Shown here: piece by piece, positions 50,401-62,693 of the stretch
Layout: each line of letters begins with the position of its first letter
How positions within the stretch are numbered: position 1 is the stretch's first letter
DNA from: Ostrea edulis
Lineage: Eukaryota
Direction of reading: 5' to 3'
Assembly: GCF_947568905.1 (NCBI RefSeq)
Contig: NC_079172.1
Location: 50,406,001-50,470,000, forward strand
DNA length: 64,000 nucleotides
Program-made: the position numbers and the translations under genes
The notes under the pieces: model-generated
Database searches by the model: none
What the model saw: the letters and a program-made list of their open reading frames with translations, nothing else
Told to the model about the DNA's origin: nothing

Positions 50401-53400
50401 TCTACATTTGTTTTACCTAATGGGGCTATTTTGAATGTGACAACAATTATACTGGGGTTAATTTTAAGATTTTGATATCTGAATATGATTTAATGAGAAA
50501 TGCCGTAACATCACTGTGGATGAACTAGATGTAAGTGAGTTGGGGTTAGATATGGTGAGTTCCTGTTTGGTGTGTACAGTAGTTACATATATGAGGCTGA
50601 TCTAGCTGTTATAATGTAGCGCTCTCCGATCTATTTTTATTCAGATGTTTTCAGAAAGAAAGAAAAAAAAGGTCAGATAGGGCTGCTTTATTGCAGCTAG
50701 TGGCTGATCATGTTGTAAGAAGAATTCTCTACAGTATGAAATTGCTGTATACGTGTAGTTAGTTAAATAATATGCAAGTATCTTTATGTCCATTTTGGAT
50801 GATGCCACAATGAGGGTTCCTAAGTTTTATATGAAAATTGTTTATGATGGGTGCTGTTATGATGTGATGCAGTGAATCTGTGCATCTGTTCGTCCATTAG
50901 CACCTTGTGGATCAGAGGCCAAGATTATCAAACTTTGTACATTTGTTACACATGGGGCGACTTCGGTTCGTACCCGTGTACGAACTCGGCCTACCCGAGT
51001 TGCAAGCGAATGGAGAGAGTTTCAACTCTTATATGACATATTGTGACATTTGAACTCTACTCAACTAACCCTGCCTTCTATGAGGGTTAGTGTGGTAGCA
51101 ATATGTCAGTCTTGGAATAATACTGCGCATGTGCCAGTTTTCAAACAATGGATGTGATTGGCTGGAGTATTATACATGGGAGAAAGAAAGAACATTGGAA
51201 TATTTACCTTACTAACTCGGGTATGAACCGAAGTTGCCCATGATTAGAGAAAGAAGCATGGTGTTTTTAAAGGTCAAGGTCAAATGTACAGAGCAAGGGT
51301 AATTTTAAATACACTAATAAACAAGATAGAAACAGCTGGGGTAATCAAACATGATACACATTTATTCAAACATGTCTGTCTGTCATTGGGTCAGATAAAA
51401 ACAATATTAGTAAGACTGGCATAATTGACCTTGATACACATTTTTCCATTGATTAGAGGAAGGAACCTTTATGTTGTTTTAAGGTCATAGGTCAAGGTCA
51501 GACTTGTAAGGGTAATTTATAGGTATAAAACATGATAGAAACAGGACTAATAAGGTTATAATTGTATGATGTTTTTTTTTTGTCTGTCTGTTCAGCATCT
51601 AGTGCAAGGATTATTGATGCCTTCTCAGGGGCTGAAATGCTGCCCCATTCTCAATTGGATATAGCCTCAATTTTTCTTGTAACAACAACTGATTCAGAAT
51701 TATTTTTTTGTAATAACAAAGTCCATGTAAGCATCTCAGAATTTCAAAAACAATGTAATTTGGTTTTTCTTGCTGCACACCTACATATATTTAAACATCT
51801 GTTTCAGCATGATGATGATTTAGTAAAAAAATGATTGAAAATCTTAAGAAAATTATTAAATAATATACTGTAAATTAACTTTTGATCTCTGTGGACAAAT
51901 GTCAGATGGCACAGTTCATTACATGACCATATTGACTTAATCTCGTCATACTCTGTCAAGTCTGAAACAAAATCAACTTTCTAATCTAATTAGTTAAATG
52001 TACAAGTGAAATTTGAAGTACTGATGTACCTATGAAGCAGAAGTGAAAACTTAAACAAAGAATAATGAAATGTAAGGATGGGATTGAAGTAAAGTCTGTG
52101 TGAAAGTATTAAGGCTAGCAGACATGCTATTGCTGTGCATGGCATTAGTTTTCCGTGAGTATGTTCTGAGTAAGTCGCGCCAGTATTGTCGATGGAACCT
52201 AGAAAAGGCTAAAACTTAGCAACAACACTGCTGAAACATACACCTTTAATACTGCGTTTAAGTTGCTTATGTGCTTTGTTTATGAAAATCTGGGATGAGA
52301 CATATGTCTTATTTAGAATTGTGTTCTGACTATCTTTTATGATTAGCATACCTTGAGATATTGACAGATAAATGATAAAATCTAAGGAAACTATTAGTAA
52401 CTGCAAACATTTATACATTATCTTTTCTTACATTGCAGGAAGTAGTTCCAAAATTTCTGAATGAATTAACAGATGAGGAGCTGAAAAAGGAATCAAAAAA
52501 TGAAGCCAAAAATGATGCACTGTCATCTATCATCAAAGGACTGAAGCAGCTCGTAAATAGACTACCAAATCAAGATGATACTATAAAAAGCCTGGAGGGT
52601 TTCAGGCTCAAAATGATTCTTAGGTGGGTCAAAATGAAATCATTGAAGCATATAGCTTCAACTTGCAAATTGTATTCAAGTAACAATAATTGATTTCAAA
52701 ATGAGAGATATTTCAAAATCACCGATTTCAATATAAGCTGTGTAAGCTATACAAACTAGAAAACTTTTAATATTAGGTAGTACTTTAAGGTATGAGAGAG
52801 ATGGCTTTGATTCATAACATTAAAGTTAACATTTGACACACTCATTGAATTTTGTTGGAAATTTTCTATTATACACTGCTTTTGCTAGGGGAGTTCATGT
52901 TTTGTAAACACATTGTTTTTATTTTAGGTTACTACAAATCTCTTCCTTCAATGGGAAGATGAATGCCTTGAATGAAGTTAACAAGGTCATTTCTAATGTC
53001 TCGTTCCAATCCAGTCGTCACTCCCAGATGGAAGAGGATGAGTGGCTTACAGCAGACAAAATGGCTGTAAGTAAAGATAGGGTGGTATAAGTTATGATTT
53101 GAAACTCTCTATCAGCTACTGAGAATATTGTAGAAATCTCACAGGAAAGGCATATTTAAAAGTAAACATGTCTGGTGTTTAATACTGAGTTGTGAGAGAG
53201 CAAACAAATGTTTTTAAATGTGGCCCAAAGTATATATTGTATATGTTGAATAATTTAAATTTTGGTCCTATTCTTCAAAAGATGAACTACTTTTTACAGA
53301 AATTACAAACAGAACGTGAAATTTTTATTAGCTCTTACAAATCAATTTCAATCAGTCAAGGTTATTAGGGAACAAAAGCCTTGAAATTCCGGTATTGTGA

Positions 53401-56400
53401 GATACATGTGTATCGGAACCCCAAACTACAGATTGCACAGTGTTTGCTTTGTTACTTAAGAGTTTTAGTGACTATAAACAGGAATGGATTCAGAAAAATG
53501 GAGTATTGACCATTGTTTTACGAGACAGTCTCCACCAACCCCAGTATGTGGAGAAATTGGAGAAGATACTAAGATTTATGATCAAGGAGAAAGCCTTGAC
53601 CTCAGACGACCTTGACAAACTCTGGGAAGCACAGGTACATTAATTGCAATGTCAATAAAAAAATCATCTACACTAATTGAAATGTTGACTGATTGTTTAA
53701 CACTTATTGTAACATTTCATTTTAGTCAGGGAAACATGATGCCATAGTGAAGAATGTGCATGACCTGCTGGCAAAACTAGCATGGGATTTCTCACCAGAA
53801 CAGCTAGATCACCTCTTTGAGTGTTTTCAGGTAAAGCAAAGTCCAAAGTTTTGTGTGAATGCAATATTTCCACCGAACTTGCCATAAAGCATCCTTGGGA
53901 TTCAAATTTGTTCAAATTTAGGGTCACATTCTTTTGAAAGGGGAGATAATTAAGAAATAGTGAAAATATGGAGGCATCTTTAAAAAATCTTCTAAAGAAC
54001 CACTGGATCAGAATAAACAAAATTCAGTGTTCTCCATCATCTGAAAGCATGTACAAGTAGATAAGATTTTTTTGTATTCATGACATTTTGTCATGATCAA
54101 ATCAACAAGAGCATTAAACATCACATATACATGTAGTATTTAACTGTGCACAAACAACTTGCACATTGATTTGTCTAGATTTAATGTTGTTTCAAATTGT
54201 GACAACTTTTTCAAAAGAAATTTCTTCAGCATCAGGCTCCTAAAATGTATGTATAGAGAAAATTTATAAAACAGTTCAACACTTTATTACTGAGCCTGTT
54301 CCTTGAAAGGTCCTTTATTATACCCCCCGCAACAAGTTGTGGGGGGGGGGTATACTGGAATCGGGTTGTCCGTCTGTCCGTCCGTCCGTCTGTAGACGCA
54401 ATGGTTTCCGGGCTCTAAAGCGTTATCTTTTCCACCTACAGTCACCATATCATACATATGGACTACCCATGGGATGAAGATGTTCCCTATCGATTTTGGG
54501 GTCAAAAGGTCAAAGGTCACGCGCACTGGACATCGAAGTAGCAATATGGTTCGGTTTGTCATGCCATTTGTTTTTTACACTCAGAAAAGAGGTAGTTTAT
54601 ACTTATTACCAACACCCTTTGGGAGATTGGGGTAAGCGGGGGGTATTCTTAGTGAGCATTGCTCACAGTACCTCTTGTTTATTTTCATTGAACCCAACCT
54701 TCTCGCTAAATCTGCAAAACATTAATTGATATATAATACAGTATTAAAATGGCTGATACAAAGCTCTGAAGTTGACTTAGAGTTTTCACATGGATACATG
54801 TTTATGTGGCTGTAGTTAGACCACTTGTTGACCATATGTTTAAGGCTGCAGACATTCCTCTTCTTATAACATGATGTGCCTGTTTGAGAACTCCATAGAA
54901 GCTGTCTCCTCTTACAGAACATTGTGGTAATGCTCCATGAGACTCTACAATGGATTAAGATGTGTGAATATATGTTCCAGTTGTTTAACCATAAAAATAC
55001 ATAAACATTGGTTTAATAGATATAGTGTATACATGTAGCTATTCGACTGCAATTTGTTTTAATAAATCTTGTCAACATTTCGTAATCTACAGGTAGGTCT
55101 AATTGCTATATCAAAATTCACCTGATGAAATAAAATATGGAAGTAAAATTAAAACCAGCTTATATTCTTCATACTTAGACAATGGTTACTGAACAATTAC
55201 TAATATTTCCTCCACGAGCAATTAGAGTAATTATGTACTCCCCAAGCTCCAATAGAAAAAAGATGTCCATCTCCAATACACTTTATTAATTAGGTTAATC
55301 TCTCTGGACTTGATGTAAAGTGTCTCAGGTTTCAGATATTTAGTCTTGTTTAGACAGTTGTGTTGTAAGTGAGAAAGGTACAATACCAATGATTGATTCC
55401 AGTATAAATTGAAAAGGCATTATAATGGTAATTTGACCAATTCTGTACAGTCTTGGTACTGAGTATCAGTGTCCAACCCAAGTGGTGTCCAGCAAATATG
55501 TCAGATATGTTTGTCTAGATGTCCAGTAAAATTATTTGCCCACATCAAACCAATTTTGGCAGGATTTTTTTTAAATGTGAGGACACTTATGTTCAGTGAA
55601 AAGAATTGCTTAAATGTTTTGCTAAAAAGATAAATTTCTGATATTGCAGACTTGAAAAAATAAATTCACTATTATTGATTTAGTTCTTATTTTGGTATTA
55701 GGTGAGCTGGACTCATGCATCAAAGAAGCAGAGAGAGAAATTGCTGGAGCTGATACGCAGATTGGCAGAGGATGACAAAGAAGGGGTCATGGCACATAAG
55801 GTACACGTAATTCTGTACAATTATTGTTTCTGTATTAAAATGTGACTTTCTGGGTTTACAAGTACCGTTTCCTGTTACAGTAGTAAACTTTCTATTAGGT
55901 TTGTAAAATTGTATAGAAATATGTGTTATCCTGGTTAGTAACTTGGATGGAAGGGCCGGTGTTTGTATCAGATATGTTTTTTTTCAGGTCCTGGGGTTAT
56001 TGTGGAACTTGGCACACAGTGAAGATGTTCCAACAGAAATTATGGATCAGGCTCTGACTGCCCATATCAAAATCCTAGACTACAGTTGCTCTCAGGTAAA
56101 ACAGTGACAATAATGCATATCTATATTTCCATTTAAAAAAATGATGAGAACCATATTCAGATATACGATGTAGGAATGGTCATTTAAAGCTAAAGAAAAT
56201 GATCTGATCAATGATTTTAGTCCTGTCTTCATTCATACCTCATTGTGATTGGATGATGAGTCACTTGTAATTCAGTAAGTTAGTATGTTGTTTTAAATGA
56301 ATCAGACTACTTTTGGATGGCAGTTTGTACTCAATAAACATCATCCACAGAAACTTGTTATATGCATTTCAAGGAATTAATATTGTTGATATATAGCTTC

Positions 56401-59400
56401 TGTAACAGTAATTACAAGTTCTACAAATTTATTGTCTAAGATAACAAAAGACATGAAAAAACAAAGACAGCATATCTCCAGACCAGGAAAGATAGGCCAC
56501 TATCACCAAATGCAATTAGAATGATTATAATTACAAAACTAATGCATAATTATGTAATATTATGAAATATACACTAGTGATCGTAAAAATTACAAAACTT
56601 GCCATTGTTATTCAGTGGCAATATAGTAGATTATATGGAAATAAAGACATGACATGTTTTGAACAGTGCTGTAGTGATGCTTTTAACTAATGTTAGAACC
56701 AACAATTTTTATTTATTTATTTGTTTATTTTTTTGCAGGACCGTGATGCCCAGAAGATGACCTGGATAACAAAATTTGTGGAAGAGTTGAAAAATGACAA
56801 ATGGGTTTTGCCAGCATTAAAGCAAATTCGTGAAATTTGTCAGCTATTTCCAGAGGTAATTGAGTTTGATTAATGTGGACGTGTGATAAAAAAGTTAAAC
56901 ATGTACATTAGTTTCTGTAAACATCCTTTTATCAAAAACAGCAATATATCAATGTCACATTGATGTGAAAGCATCCTCAGGTAGTGTTGATTCTAATTTA
57001 TTGATGAGTAACTGGTTTTCAGGGCCAAAGTTTATGTGACTTTGAAGTTTTATATAAAAATACCGTGGGAGAATCTTTATGAGAATGCTACATTGTCAAA
57101 TAAAAGTAAAAGCATTCTCATATTATTATGGTTTAATTCTTGGGCAGGGTTGAAATACAATAAGGGTTACATTATTACATGTATATGGGAAAAAATCTTT
57201 ATGATGTGAAAAAATAGTATTCAAGCATTTAGAGGGAAATGTAATGCAAGTTTAGATTTGTTTGCTGTAATAAAGGTCCAAAGATTTTCCTTGGAAATTT
57301 GTGCGAAATTGTTCCATAGCAGGGAAGTAATGATTACAGTTTGTTTAAGAAATATGCAAGCATCCTTAGATGTGTAGTGTATATATTTATCCAATAACAG
57401 GTCTAGCTATAGGAGTAATTATGAGTCACTATTAGAGTTCTTTACAGGTTTTATCCCTACAATGTATATGAGCTAGTTGGCTCGGGTGAACACTATGGTC
57501 CATGGGGCACCATTTCCTGTTTATATTTTAAATCTTAATTCCTAAACATTGATTCTTTTTGCAGTCTCCACAGAATTTTCCCCATGCCCCTCAGAGAGCC
57601 TCTCATGTATACTATCGCAACACTGTTATAGCACAGCTTCAGAGTAACCATTCCATAGTCATGTTAGTGGCTACAAATCTCTCCAATTACATGAAGAAAG
57701 CCAGAGAACTGGCCAGAGGTAAGTAGTTTTAATGTGATGTATCAATTTGTGTTCTTCGTTAAATTCTCAGGCAACTAGAGAGCTTGCTAGAGGTAACATG
57801 TTCTTTGTTGAACTCTCAAGTTACTAGAGAGCTTGAAATTTTTAAGGAATTTATTTCATCAAGTCTTCATTGTTATTTTGTTTTCTAAGCTTTGTTTCAT
57901 TTTGAGTAGCATTTGAAAAGCTCTATTATATGACAGTAATTCGTTGTGATATTGACGATGCAACTGAGGTTCTTGTTTTGAAATTAACAATTTAACAAAA
58001 TTTTAATGAAATGTAGTTTTTAAAAAACTGAATTTATGGTGTGTCAACCTACATGTATTTCTGTCTTAAGCTTTTATTCTACGTTGTGCTACAGATCACC
58101 CAGCACTAGATTCCAGCAATATTTTACCAGATGGAAGATTTAATCATGTACAACAAATACAGGAACGGCTCAGGTTTTTAAGGTAAGTGTAATACGGATG
58201 TAGAAATCTGGCAGGTTGTTTCAGAAAAACAAAATGATAAAAGTATAGGAAAGCAACGGAATACCACTGATTCCTAATATCAATATGATTTGTTACGTAT
58301 ATTTATAGATCAATACATTAAACAGGTCATTGACTCTCTCTTTTTTTTCTTTTTTTTTTTTAGGTTTTTGCTAAAAGATGGTCAGCTATGGTTATGTGAA
58401 TCTCAAGCAAGACAGGTAAAACTTGTAGAATTCATTGTACATTAGTATGTAAAACTTGGCTAACAGATACTATTCTTCAGGGTCATATTTGTTTGATTTT
58501 AGATATGGCAATGCCTAGCAGAGAGTGCAATTTATCCCTCAGACAGAGAATCTTGTTTTAAATGGTTTGCTAAGGTAGGTAACATAGCATAATACTGACT
58601 CAGAGGCAACATCTTTTTTTTTGACAAGCGTATGATTTTGATTGTTTTTTGTACAATTTCCAGTTGATGGGAGAAGAACCAGACTTGGATCCAGAAATAA
58701 CAAAAGATTTTTTTGAGCAAAACATTTTACAACTTGACCCAAGTCTGTTGACAGAAAATGGAATGAAGTAGGTTTTTATGAGTTTTGAAACGTTTAACCA
58801 TGAAAATGCATAGAACATTTTTGCATTTATTTTGTGTGTTGATATCCCTTATTGTATATGCCTATATATCTTTTTCTTTCAGTTGCTTTGAGAGATTTTT
58901 CAAGCATGTGAATCAAAAAGAGAACAAAATTATTGCCAAGAGAAGAGGAGGTCATCTGATGGATGACCTTGAACTCATTGGAATGGATTACATGTGGAGG
59001 GTAAGGTCGCTTAGTTATTACTGTTTTTATTATTATTGGTTGGAATAAAAGATGTTGAGTTCTGTTTACAAATACAGTATAATATAGTTCATAATATAAA
59101 AAGCACTGTACAAAATATAAATGATTAGTTAGTGTACAGTCATTTGATTACAATTTATAGCCCAGAGTTATATGTATGTTGAAGTGTAAATACCAAATTA
59201 CTTTGACAGCAATTTTACATGTAGTCACATTTGATCAGTCAACTGTAAGGTTGCTTGACAGTCATATGATATGAAAGAACATGGTAATTGAAAAGGTATG
59301 GGAGTTAATTTTACATGATAAGTTCTGTTCTGATGAGAGGCTGGTACATGTACATGTAGGTTTTGAAACTCAGTGAAATTTGTAGATGACATTGAGTATG

Positions 59401-62400
59401 AAGATGATAAGGATGTATTCTTTTTCATCATATTACAGGTTGTCATGTTAAGCCCTGATGATATAGATATATTACATTTGATCATGTGACAGGTTGTGTT
59501 GTTAAGCCCTGATGATATAGATATATTACTTTTGATCACGTGACAGGTTGTGTTGTTAAGCCCTGATGATATAGATATATTACTTTTGATCATGTGACAG
59601 GTTGTGTTGTTAAGCCCTGATGATATAGATATATTGTTTTTGATCATGTGACAGGTTGTGTTGTTAAGTCCTGATGATATAGATATATTACTTTTGATCA
59701 TGTGACAGGTTGTGTTGTTAAGCCCTGATAATATAGATACATGTATATTGCTTTTGATCATGTGACAGGTTGTGTTGTTAAGCCCTGATGATATAGATAT
59801 ATTGCTTTTGATCATGTGACAGGTTGTGTTGTTAAGCCCTGATGATATAGATATATTGTTTTTGATCATGTGACAGGTTGTGTTGTTAAGCCCTGATGAT
59901 ATAGATATATTGCTTTTGATCATGTGACAGGTTGTGTTGTTAAGCCCTGATGATATAGATATATTGTTTTTGATCATGTGACAGGTTGTGTTGTTAAGTC
60001 CTGATGATATAGATATTGCTTTTGATCATGTGACAGGTTGTATTGTTAAGCCCTGATGATATAGATATATTGTTTTTGATCATGTGACAGGTTGTGTTGT
60101 TAAGTCCTGATGATATAGATATATTGTTTTTGATCATGTGACAGGTTGTGATGTTAAGCTCTGATGATATAGATACATGTATATTGTTTTTGATCATGTG
60201 ACAGGTTGTGTTGTTAAGCCCTGATGATGTAGCAAACAAGGCAATCATCTTACTGAAAGACATTTATACAAACCTGGGACCTCGTTTACAACAAAATCAG
60301 GTAGAAATCCATGATGATTTCATACAGTCGTGTGTGGACCGACTAAAGGCCCTGTATGACACCGTCAGTGTGCTGGAGAAGGACAAAGATAGTACAAATA
60401 GAGTGATGCAGGAGACCACCAGGATGGTACGAGTGTTGACAGTGCTCCGGGAATACGTGGCAGAGTGTGATGAGGCCTACACAGAGGAACGATCTATTCT
60501 CCCACTCAGCAGGTATGTAATTAGTAAACTAACATTTCAACAAAGGCCTGTCACTTGTCTTTAAGTACTCTTCTCTTTTTTGCATGTCATCAACATGTAA
60601 GCATTTACTCCCTCTTTATTTTATGAGTGTCCATAAATGATGTTAATTTGCTTTGTAAGGAAAACTTGACTTTAATGTTGTAGCTTTTAAAGTATTCTAG
60701 TTGTATCATGATTTTATCTTGTAGGGCATGTCGAGGAAAATTAGTGACTTTAATAATAAGGTTTCCTAGTCAAGGACGTCAGATGGATGATATAGACATT
60801 TGGTCTCATACTAATGATACTATTGGACAAGTCCGTAGACAGGTGCTGTGTAAAATTAAAGCCAGTAGCAATATTAAAATGGACTTGTATGCAAATGGTG
60901 AACTTCTTGATCCAGTGGAGGACAAGAGACTTATTTCTCAAATTCCGTTACGAGAAAAATCAGTAAGTAGACATTATACTATATATAGTCAGTTTTACAA
61001 CATATGAGTAGATGTAATTACACGTAATCATGATACAAAATGTTAAATCATACTACATGCAAGTTCTTTTACAAATAATGAAGTTGCGTTACAAATCATG
61101 TTAAATGTATTTATATTACATTGAATTTGATAGGTTCTCAAAGGAACTGAAGGACATGTATTGTTATTATATTGCATAAAGTGAAGTCAATATATTTTAT
61201 GGTGGCTTGATATTCTTTGATAAATTGGACTATTGTTGAAAAGTTTAAAAATGTACGATAATGCATAAGATTGTCCAATCAAAATTCAATTCATTTTCTA
61301 CAATTTTTTTTGCACTACAAAAATCAGCCACCAAGAATTGACGTGATTTCACCATTATTTTATCAGTACAAGTTCTCGAGAAATTCTCGTCTCGGAGATG
61401 ACACTGGCTTTTACGGAAATATGCAAGATCTCAGTTTCATCACGTGCATTAAATTGTCCTTGACTTAAACTTCTGTACACTTTACTTTGTTTAGTATTAA
61501 GGACCCCACCAAAAAATAAAAATTGGGGTATATTTATTACCAAGCATGTCTGACTTTCTCTCCTTCCCACTATATATATTTGTGTATGTCATAACTTTAT
61601 AATGAAGAGACATCAAAAGCTTGCAGTAACTACAGAGGTTGCTTAGGATTAGATGAGATGTCATGTCTCTAGGTCATTTGGCAAATGTCAAGGTCACACG
61701 GGTAAAAGTTTGAAATTTTAGTCCATGTTATAACTTCTGATGGAGAGAGAATATAGTAAAAGCTCATACATGCATTTGCACAAAGGTTGTTTATGGGTAG
61801 AGGTGTGTTTTAATGCTGACTTAAAGGGACTGGTTCATGATTTTTGATAAAACTATTTTTCATTTTTGATGGTAAACATTAAAAATATAACTCATTTAAT
61901 ATTGACAGCCAAAATTTTGACCTTCTGAATGCAAGAATTAAAGCAATATTTTAGCCTTAAATCTGTGTTATGTAAACAAAGACTCGAGTCTTTTTATGTA
62001 TACAAACAAACAAGTGAAATATTGATTTTGTAATATAAAGCATCTTTATTTTGCAGTCACAAATTTTAACTTTTAGATGACACATTTACCCCAAAACTGC
62101 TACGAAATGTGAAAGATGTAATAAACTTAGATCGATATCCATTTCTTTTGAAAATTTCATAAACAATAACATACCGCAATCTTTGTTTACAAAACAAATA
62201 ATAAACTCTCTAAAATGAGCTTCTTTGATAATGTATAACCTTAATTTTTATGTGAACTCTTTTAAACACATTATAGACAGTAGATTTTGATCATTAAAAG
62301 TGAAAAAGAAAATTTTGGGGGAAATCGTTAATCAGTCCCTTTAAGTCAAAGTTACTTGTATAAAAAACAAAAGTTAAATTTTTTTTTGTCTGACCCAAAA

Positions 62401-62645
62401 ATTTGTAATAGAGTGGTATTAAAAGCTTATACTGGGCATAATGGTTGCTTCTGGGTGGGTGGTGTGTCATGAGCAAGACCATTTGACCTACATGTAGATC
62501 AAAGCAAATCCAAATTAATAGTGTGATTTGTAATTTGTAACTGCATAATGCAGGGATTATATAAATTTGTATGAATGTGACATCTAGATATATGTTTTAA
62601 ATATGCCCCACTTTGAATGAGCCCTGTGGGGGTATCAATTCTAGT

Positions 62646-62693
<48 letters not shown>

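Noticed and set aside
59225-60263. 250-aa and 89-aa - strand ORFs of repeated [18 protein letters not shown]
   Set aside because: They are the antisense reading of the 54-bp minisatellite.
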